From Macrostomum lignano (Eukaryota), in the NCBI GenBank assembly GCA_002269645.1, contig NIVC01000989.1, positions 248,001 through 312,000 of the forward strand: 64,000 bases of DNA, read 5' to 3'. The position numbers and the translations under genes are program-made. Shown here in pieces: positions 57,501 through 64,000 of the stretch (position 1 is its first letter; the number at the start of each line of letters is the position of its first letter). A model generated the notes under the pieces. That model had not been told where the DNA came from. It was given only the letters and a program-made list of their open reading frames with translations, and did not search any database.

Positions 57501-60500
57501 GGAAACTCACCCAATTTTAAGTCAAGCCGTTGGCTGCCGAGCCAGCGGTCTTGTTAATAACTACAGTAGGTCTTTGTTGACACAGCATCAGCAGCAGCAG
57601 CAGCAGCCTCAGTGTCTCAATGTTCGACAGTTCTCTTACGTGCCTGAGTAAGGCCTCTGAGCAATGAGCAAACAGTACACAGCTAGTGCACGGCAACTTA
57701 AGTGGAGGGACGCGCTACACTCGAAATTAAAGGGGGGAGGCATAGCCCACAGCACGGCGCTCTGGTGCGCCAGCGGCCCAGGCTCGATTCCAAGTGCAGT
57801 CGCATTAATTTTTGGCGCTTAATTGGAATCTCGGCTTGGCTCTGCTCGTGCAACGCAATTAACGTCTTTGAAGGCCAACCCAACCCCCAGGCACAGTGAA
57901 GTGTACATGTGTGCCTGCTCAGGGGATTCGGCGGAATGGGCAGTAATGCCTCTCGCCGGTTGTGTGACAATGTCGCTTAAAGTGCGCCAGGGTGCACACA
58001 GTCCTCTGCCATGTTAGCCTTAAATTTTTAGGAATTCTCACCTCTGAAAAGGTTAGGAAAAGTTAGGTAATTCGGTATTGAGAAAATTCACTAAACAGAC
58101 AGGAGCCGCTGAAATTTCACCCGAACTTTGCTTGTGAGTGCACAGCGTCCTTCTGCTTCAGCTGCCCATGAGCTAGTGTCTTTGCTTCCTATGATACTAT
58201 TAACAATTTTAACTGTCTTAAAATTAAAGTGCACTGCAGTTCTGCCGTGGACTTATAACTGCCACTAATCCGGCCGCACTTGAATCAAATTCAGCAATAT
58301 AATTGTTAAAAATAACTCGTACAATTATTGCAGCATGAAATTTAGTTTTTTAGTTAATTAAAACATGTATTCATGCTAATGGGAAGGCTGAACAAAACTG
58401 TCTTGACTGCATGATTTTTCTGCTATACAAAAAAACTATCGATTATATACTCTTTTTCAGTAGTAAAATTAGCGTTTTTGCCTTTAAAAAAGTGAAAGTA
58501 GAGAAATAGTCGATATTTTGCTAAATAATAAATTTTAAGTTTTGGAAGAATGGAAGCCGCAACAGTCGCCTCTGGTTATCTACAAGAAGACCTCTTAAAA
58601 TACCTTAAACCATTAAAAGGTTACTTAAAAAGAAATCAATTTAAGATAGAAGATTGGCAAGATTGCACAAAAAACTTAAAAACCCAAATCCAATGCGTGT
58701 ATAGAAAGCAAGTGGGAAAACGGGTGGTGCCCAAGCCCCCAGACTAGGCCGATAAACAGTTGGGCTTTCTCCTTGCCTGCTTGTGTCTGACCTTGCTCTC
58801 TCCCCTTACTGCTCTCTAATTGGCTGAGCTAGATTGGGCTTGCCCCTGGTTTGAGTTTCGTCCGTCTGACTTTGCCCTCTCCCCTTACTGCTATCTAATT
58901 GGCTGAGCTAGATTGGGCCTGCCCCCTGGGTTGAGTTTCGTCCGTCTGACTTTGCCCTCTCCCCTTACTGCTATCTAATTGGCTGAGCTAGATTGGGCCT
59001 GCCCCCTGGGTTGAGTTTCGTCCATCTGACTTTGCCCTCTCCCCTTACTGCTATCTAATTGGCTGAGCTAGATTGGGCCTGCCCTCTGGGTTGAGTTTCG
59101 TCCATCTGACTTTGCCCTCTCTCCTTACTGCTCTCTAATTGGCTGAGCTAGATTGGGCCTGCCCCTGAGTTGAGTTTCGTCCGTCTGACTTTGCCCTCTC
59201 TCCTTACTGCTCTCTAATTGGCTGGGCTAGATTGGGCCTGTCCCTAGGCTGAGTAGGTTGGACTTGTATACCTCGAGTTAAATGTTTGTTACATTCTTAA
59301 CCACATATGCAACCAGAGGCTACAAACCCAGAGGAAAAAAATGGAATTTTAGCTTCCAAATTAAATTTAATTGACACTGCGCAGACAAACTACTAAAAAA
59401 GAGTAGACCCTCTACTTTATCAAAAATTTAATTGCGAGTGAAATATCTAATTTTTCTGTGCTTGTAACTATTTTTTGTAAACTTACGCAGCATGTTTATA
59501 TTCCTAGATGCTTTTATTTTATAGATTCCCAAGTAAGTGTCCAGACGGTGCTTTAGTTTACGGAAATTTACCTTGTAGATACGTAGTATAAAATGGAGCT
59601 TATGGCCACTGCGTAGCAAATCCTATCGTCGCACACTCTGTGCCCTTGGTGAGAAGAGAGTTGGTTCTCCCCAGCTTTTAGGCAATTTTAGAAAGGTTTT
59701 TTGAGCATCGAAACTGAAATATTATTTTTGTAATATGTTAGCTCTTTGCTTGTCATTTTTAGTTTTGTTGATGACAATTAATTTTCAGAAAAAAACTTGA
59801 TTTTAGTTTTGTTTTAGAAGTTTTTCTGAAGTGAATTATGTGAAAATTAATCGCAACGACTTGTTTTTAATGGTCGAGAGACTTAAGACCAAATATTATT
59901 AATGGCACTCGTCAAACCGACAGGTTCATCGGCAACATGCTGAAGCTGCTAGTATGCCAGAATGAAAAGTTCGGCGCCCAAATTCAACGACACGTGAAAG
60001 AGCTGTTGGGCCAGCAGCTTAACCCGTTTGTATATCCGTTGCTATTCGAACAGTTGAAAATCTACATCGACAAGTGCTTCAATTCTCAGGGTGGCCACGT
60101 GTTAGTTAGCGATTCCAACACGCTATTCATGGAGAATGCTATCTACATTTTGAAGAGCATTCTGGAAGATCCGCGCGGTGGTCAAACTGAATCGCGCGGC
60201 GAACATCTCGCCGGCTCCTCTCTGGAGAGCATCATACTAAACATTATTCGCTACATTCGCCATGTGGAATGCCCGCACTCAAAGTCTGTGAAAATTCGTG
60301 TCTGCCAACTAGTCACTGTCCTGATGGCTCGTCGCGAAGATCTGTCCTTTCGACAAGAGATCAAATTTCGCAATAAGGTATAGTAATTTTAACCCACCAC
60401 CCCATCGTACTAGCAGGCGAGAAATCAAAACAGCTGAAATCACCCACCACCCCATCCTGCTAGCAGGCGAGCAATCAAAACAACTGAAATCACCCACCAC

Positions 60501-62813
60501 CCATTCTACTAGCAAGCGAGAAATTAAAACAGCTGAAATCACCCACCACCCATTCTACTAGCAAGCGAGAAATTAAAACAGCTGAAATTACCCACCACCC
60601 CATTCTACTAGCAAGCGAGAAATTAAAACAGCTGAAATCACCCACCACCCCATTCTACTAGCAAGCGAGAAATTAAAACAGCTGAAATTACCCACCACCT
60701 CATCCTACTAGCAGGCGAGAAATTAAAACAGCTGAAATTACCCACCACCCCATCCTACTAGCAGGCGAGAAATTAAAACAGCTGAAATTACCCACCACCC
60801 CATCCTACTAGCAGGCGAGAAATTAAAACAGCTAAAATTACCCACCACCTCATCCTACTAGCAGGCGAGCAAGAAAAGCAAACATAAACCAGACGCCATA
60901 AAATCTTTTCTTGAAATTAACTCAAGGTTACGGAATATCTGCTCGACTGGCTATTAGTCAGCACCCACGCTCTAAGCATCCAATCGGCCAGTCAGGCGGT
61001 CTCTTCTGGCGTATCAGTTTCTGTAACAACGCCAGACGTTGCTAGCCGAGATTTGGATTATTCCTGCATGGAAGCTGTAGCCGCTCTACTAGCGGGCTTG
61101 CCATTGCAGCCTGAGGAGAGCGATCGCGGCGATTTACTGGAGGCCAAGAGTCACTTGTTCTCTAAGTGAGTATCTATCTGCCCACATGTTCAGAAGATTA
61201 CTGAAAATCCTAACCAATCAGAGCAATTTTTCGGCCAGTCATTAAAATTAGGAGCCAACACCTTTCTAGCTAATCAGTTCAGACTTTTCCAACCAATCCG
61301 AGAGCTCCATTTCTAGAGCTTTTTGACCAATTAGAGAAGCCCAGGCTGAAGTGGCCTTTCTGACCAATCAGAGAACTCCAAGCTGAAGTAGCCCTTCTGA
61401 CCAATCAGAGAACCCCAGGCTGAAGTAGCCCTTCTGACCAATCAAATATCCCCAGGTTGAAGTAGCCCTTCTGACCAATCAGAGAACTCCAAGCTGAAGT
61501 AGCCCTTCTGACCAATCAGAGAACTCCAAGCTGAAGTAGCCCTTCTGACCAATTAGAGGACTCCGGTCTAAAGTAGCCCTATGACCAATCAGAGGACTAC
61601 TCCAGTCCAAAATTATTCATTCAAATTTGAACACAAGCAAACTTCATGTGATTAATTTTCAACAAATCCAAGGTACTTCACTCTGTTCATGAATTTGTTA
61701 AACGATTGCGCGGACGAAGCTGCCGACATGGCGGTTGCCACGGGAATGGGCATACTGGACTCGTCTCCGTGCTCCCCGGGTTCCGGCCCACCACCGATTC
61801 AGGGCATCCGGAGGCGAAGTCCAAACACCACAGCCCTGAGAAATGTGACCGTGACGGCCATGTCTAATCTGCTCAATGCCAATATTGAAAGCGGATTAAT
61901 GCACGCTATTGGTGAGATCTTCTGAGAGGCTGATTTTAATTATGATTTATAGAGATTTCTAAAGGCTAGGAAAATTCCCTACATTGCAAATAGAAAATTC
62001 CCTTATACTACAAATATGAAAATTCCCCTAAGCTACAAATAATAAAACTCCCCTACACTGCAAATAGAAAAATTCCCCTACACTGCAAAAAGGAAAATTC
62101 TCCTCTACACTGCAAATTGGAACATAATAAAATATCTACTGCAAATAAAAATAGTGAAAAATTTATTTTATACGCTACTAGTAGTAAACATACGAGTACA
62201 ATTGATTTAATTAAAAAGGAAACAAAATCTTCCCATTGTCAGGACTCGGCTACCATCGCGATCCTCAAACTCGCGCCGCCTTCATGGAGGTGCTCACTCG
62301 AATCCTACTACAAGGTACCGAGTTCGAGACCCTAGCCGAGTCAGCCCTACACGAGCGCTATCAGAAACTGGTGGACCTGGTCACTCTGCTGGGCGATAGA
62401 AACGAACTTCCAATAGCCATGGCCTTGGCTCACGTGGTCCCTCCTGAACAGCTTGACGACCTGAGTCGAGTCCTAGTAGCCATATTCGACGCCAAGCACC
62501 TGCTAGAACACCTGCTATTGAATATGTTCAATCGCGAGGCCGAACTAGCCGACTCATTGCAGACTCTGTTTCGTGGAAATTCGCTTAGCTCAAAAATTAT
62601 GTCGCTCTGCTTTAAAATCTATGGCCAAGACTACCTGCGCAGCGTCCTGTTGCCGGAGCTGGCCGCGCTGACTGTGGAATGCGCCAAGCCGCACGTCTCC
62701 TACGAAGTTGACCCGTCCAGGATCGATGCCAAAGAGTCGTTGGAAGACAATCAACAAAGTTTAACTGAGATTACTAGTAGATTGTACGATAGCATTGTGG
62801 CTTCGGCTGATAT
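42461..62813 (+). CDS. NF1: Neurofibromin (Ras-GAP), 5' part; continues beyond window
   Basis: Exons 42461-42520, 43106-43249, 43321-43404, 45037-45105(or 45126), 45624-45999, 48903-49459, 49537-49641, 53550-53666, 54009-54462, 54657-54842, 56209-56799, 59924-60377, 60927-61165, 61673-61911, 62243-62813. Colinear NF1 motifs: MADRKPGEWVHSLLMRFDSQLPIKTG, IILDTLEKCL, WPLQVMLLILCP, FRITPHNN, GFLAALG, GLPLQPEE, YFTLFMNLLNDC, LFRGNSL. Confidence 0.96.
43106..43249 (+). CDS. NF1: NF1 exon 2
   Basis: tgtag|TTG; LPIKTG...NKQCLIRVSKYKFALVISELTKILQQVDQM; ATG|gtaagg. Confidence 0.93.
43321..43404 (+). CDS. NF1: NF1 exon 3
   Basis: ccag|CCT; PVYGLDAERNFCHSQFIILDTLEKCLNS; AGT|gtaagt. Confidence 0.93.
43500..44882. 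repeat. 32-bp minisatellite (GATGTGTCAGACATCCCCAGATCTTGTTGGCA), NF1 intron 3
   Basis: Tandem units. Confidence 0.96.
45037..45105 (+). CDS. NF1: NF1 exon 4 (donor ambiguous: exon ends 45105 or 45126)
   Basis: catag|CAA; QPKETSRLDEAILVKNLLQEICR. Confidence 0.8.
45212..45485. repeat. ~22-23-bp minisatellite (TCTAGATCTCATTCAATTCATC), NF1 intron 4
   Basis: Tandem units. Confidence 0.9.
45624..45999 (+). CDS. NF1: NF1 exon 5
   Basis: cacag|TTC; LSMNNFNTVFNRI, IWNWLENFPQEF; G|gttagt. Confidence 0.93.
46015..46886. repeat. 23-bp GGCGCC minisatellite (ATGGCGCCAGATTAAGTGTCTCT), NF1 intron 5
   Basis: Tandem units starting 15 nt after the donor. Confidence 0.96.
47364..47999. mobile_element. Non-autonomous hAT-like DNA transposon (MITE) with internal GGCGCC minisatellite, in NF1 intron 5
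   Basis: Perfect 15-bp TIRs CAGGGGCGTAGCCAG (47364) / CTGGCTACGCCCCTG (ends 47999); 8-bp TSD CACCCTAT at 47356-47363 and 48000-48007; no transposase ORF. Confidence 0.88.
48470..48853. repeat. ~41-bp repeat with TTTAGGGTAGGGTTTTAGG core
   Basis: Tandem units ending near the exon 6 acceptor. Confidence 0.9.
48903..49459 (+). CDS. NF1: NF1 exon 6
   Basis: cccag|AC; CEKLFDLL, WPLQVMLLILCP, FRITPHNN; CAG|gtagga. Confidence 0.93.
49537..49641 (+). CDS. NF1: NF1 exon 7
   Basis: ctgcag|CCT; PRLPWWPKISNLYSKSTEIRNMFLETLN; CAG|gtgagt. Confidence 0.9.
49785..50285. repeat. ~65-72-bp minisatellite (..GAAAGGCAATGTACATTG..)
   Basis: About 7 units. Confidence 0.88.
50822..51510. repeat. 16-bp degenerate minisatellite (CCAAATCCTCAGAATT)
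   Basis: Tandem units. Confidence 0.92.
51955..52685. repeat. 16-bp near-perfect minisatellite (TTGGACAGAGTGACAT)
   Basis: Tandem units; source of SKCHSVQM ORFs. Confidence 0.97.
53550..53666 (+). CDS. NF1: NF1 exon 8
   Basis: ttcccag|CCT; LLLNMVRLINADPILMLH; CAC|gtgagt. Confidence 0.9.
53826..53968. repeat. ~57-bp unit x2.5 containing AGCCAATGAG
   Basis: Tandem units before the exon 9 acceptor. Confidence 0.75.
54009..54462 (+). CDS. NF1: NF1 exon 9
   Basis: atcag|AAT; ALLTLHQ, LWNP, WLKDILICRNAFL, LWSLDIEAVLTAMSCF; G|gtgagt. Confidence 0.93.
54657..54842 (+). CDS. NF1: NF1 exon 10 (absent from ORF track)
   Basis: aacag|GC; LLCQEAELR...LMPNY...TTGRAHLQKQIMMLLRKVLYPTPG; G|gtaagg. Confidence 0.92.
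54900..55620. repeat. 16-bp perfect minisatellite (TTTAGCACCCAGGGGC)
   Basis: About 45 units. Confidence 0.97.
56209..56799 (+). CDS. NF1: NF1 exon 11, containing a 1-nt frame discontinuity in a poly-Gly tract
   Basis: cccag|GC; NIQAWEETF, EWVNQTGFLAALG in one frame; ...QYCPVT(Q) in another frame; donor CA|gtaagt. Confidence 0.82.
57411..57647 (+). CDS. NF1: Candidate NF1 cassette exon (237 nt, phase 2-2)
   Basis: gtgccag|A...CCT GA|gtaagg; open, Gly/Ser/Gln-rich; preserves frame between exons 11 and 12. Confidence 0.5.
57733..58015 (+). mobile_element. Possible tRNA-derived SINE-like element
   Basis: GC-rich head with degenerate A-box (TAGCCCACAGC, 57743) and B-box-like GGCTCGATTCC (57781-57791); 3' boundary uncertain. 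Confidence 0.35.
58790..59245. repeat. ~80-bp minisatellite, ~6 copies
   Basis: CCTTACTGCT(A/C)TCTAATTGGCTGAGCTAGATTGGGCC units. Confidence 0.92.
59924..60377 (+). CDS. NF1: NF1 exon 12
   Basis: gacag|G; FIGNMLKLLVCQNEKFG, LMARREDLSFRQEIKFRNK; AAG|gtatag. Confidence 0.93.
60392..60872. repeat. ~50-bp minisatellite (CCCACCACCCCATTCTACTAGCAAGCGAGAAATTAAAACAGCTGAAAT)
   Basis: Fills NF1 intron 12. Confidence 0.93.
60927..61165 (+). CDS. NF1: NF1 exon 13 (absent from ORF track)
   Basis: ctcaag|GTT; VTEYLLDW, CMEAVAALLAGLPLQPEE, EAKSHLFSK; AA|gtgagt. Confidence 0.92.
61330..61580. repeat. ~38-bp minisatellite with GACCAATCAG core
   Basis: Tandem units. Confidence 0.88.
61673..61911 (+). CDS. 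NF1: NF1 exon 14
   Basis: ccaag|G; YFTLFMNLLNDC, MSNLLNANIESGLMHAIG; G|gtgaga. Confidence 0.93.
61975..62118. repeat. ~23-bp degenerate repeat (AAAATTCCCTACACTGCAAATAG)
   Basis: About 6 units. Confidence 0.75.
62243..62813 (+). CDS. NF1: NF1 exon 15 (start of GAP-related domain)
   Basis: tgtcag|GA; LGYHRD, LQTLFRGNSLSSKIM (arginine-finger motif), EVDPSR; AT|gtgagc. Confidence 0.93.
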
Positions 62814-62837
62814 GTGAGCACGCGTTGAGCTTAACAG

Positions 62838-64000
62838 CTTTCTGGTAGATTTGGTAGCTTTCTGGTAGATTTGGTAGCTTTCTGGTAGATTTGGTAGCTT
62901 TCTGGTAGATTTGGTAGCTTTCTGGTAGATTTGGTAGCTTTCTGGTAGATTTGGTAGCTTTCTGGTAGATTTGGTAGCTTTCTAGTAGATTTAGTAGCTT
63001 TTTGGTAGATTTGGTAGCTTTTTGGTAGATTTGGTAGCTTTCTGGTAGATTTGGTAGCTTTCTGATAGATTTGGTAGCTTTCTGGTAGATTTGGTAGCTT
63101 TCTGGTAGATTTGGTAGCTTTCTGGTAGATTTAGTAGCTTTTTGGTAGATTTGGTAGCTTTCTGGTAGATTTGGTAGCTTTCTGGTAGATTTGGTAGCTT
63201 TCTGGTAGATTTGGTAGCTTTCTGGTAGATTTGGTAGCTTTCTGGTAGATTTGGTAGCTTTCTGGTAGATTTGGTAGCTTTCTGGTAGATTTGGTAGCTT
63301 TCTGGTAGATTTGGTAGCTTTCTAGTAGATTTAGTAGCTTTTTGGTAGATTTGGTAGCTTTTTGGTAGATTTGGTAGCTTTCTGGTAGATTTGGTAGCTT
63401 TCTGATAGATTTGGTAGCTTTCTGGTAGATTTGGTAGCTTTCTGGTAGATTTGGTAGCTTTCTGGTAGATTTAGTAGCTTTTTGGTAGATTTGGTAGTTT
63501 TCTAGTAGATTTGGTAGCTTTCTGGTAGATTTGGTAGCTTTCTGGTAGATTTGGTAGCTTTCTGGTAGATTTGGTAGCTTTCTGGTAGATTTGGTAGCTT
63601 TCTGGTAGATTTGGTAGCTTTCTGGTAGATTTGATAGTTTTCTGGTAGATTTGGTAGTTTTATGGTAGATTTGGTAGCTTTCTAGTAGATTTAGTAGCTT
63701 TTTGGTAGATTTAGTAGCTTTTTGGTAGATTTGGTAGCTTTCTGGTAGATTTGGTAGCTTTCTGGTAGATTTGGTAGCTTTCTGGTAGATTTGGTAGCTT
63801 TCTGGTAGATTTGGTAGCTTTCTAGTAGATTTAGTAGCTTTTTGGTAGATTTGGTAGCTTTCTGGTAGATTTGGTAGCTTTCTGATAGATTTGGTAGCTT
63901 TCTGGTAGATTTGGTAGCTTTCTGGTAGATTTGATAGTTTTCTGTTGGATTTGATAGTTTTCTGGTAGATTTGGTAGCTTTCTGGTAGATTTGGTAGCTT
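62838..64000. repeat. 20-bp minisatellite (TTTCTGGTAGATTTGGTAGC), runs off window
   Basis: Tandem units starting ~24 nt after the donor. Confidence 0.97.

Noticed and set aside
58550-58747. 65-aa ORF MEAATVASGYLQEDLLKYLK..
   Set aside because: Protein-like composition but no recognisable family or splice signals; intronic in NF1.

Overview
Eukaryotic (animal, probably lophotrochozoan/flatworm) genomic DNA; the Macrostomum-like guess is inference from GC-rich, Gly-rich exons separated by minisatellite-filled introns. Three plus-strand spliced genes were reconstructed by hand from splice sites and reading phase. (1) A 7-cadherin-repeat protocadherin (1403-21244, 9 exons, ~1046 aa, one probable GC-AG intron). 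(2) A two-exon DEG/ENaC channel subunit (35819-38923, 585 aa) with altered HG and GxS motifs. (3) The 5' part of a neurofibromin (NF1) orthologue (ATG 42461, 15 exons seen to 62813, running into the GAP domain and off the window end). NF1 has a 1-nt frame break (or tiny intron) in a Gly-rich exon and a candidate extra in-frame cassette exon. Nearly half of the window is tandem repeat: about 45 distinct micro/minisatellite arrays, often a different one in each intron. There is also a hAT-like non-autonomous element with 15-bp TIRs and an 8-bp TSD that carries a GGCGCC minisatellite. Most long ORFs in the track are repeat artefacts. No prokaryotic features, CRISPR arrays or intact autonomous transposons were seen. 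I found no clearly new biological system; the best leads are the NF1 splicing anomalies, the GGCGCC minisatellite/hAT link and the intron-private minisatellite architecture. Repeat boundaries are approximate.
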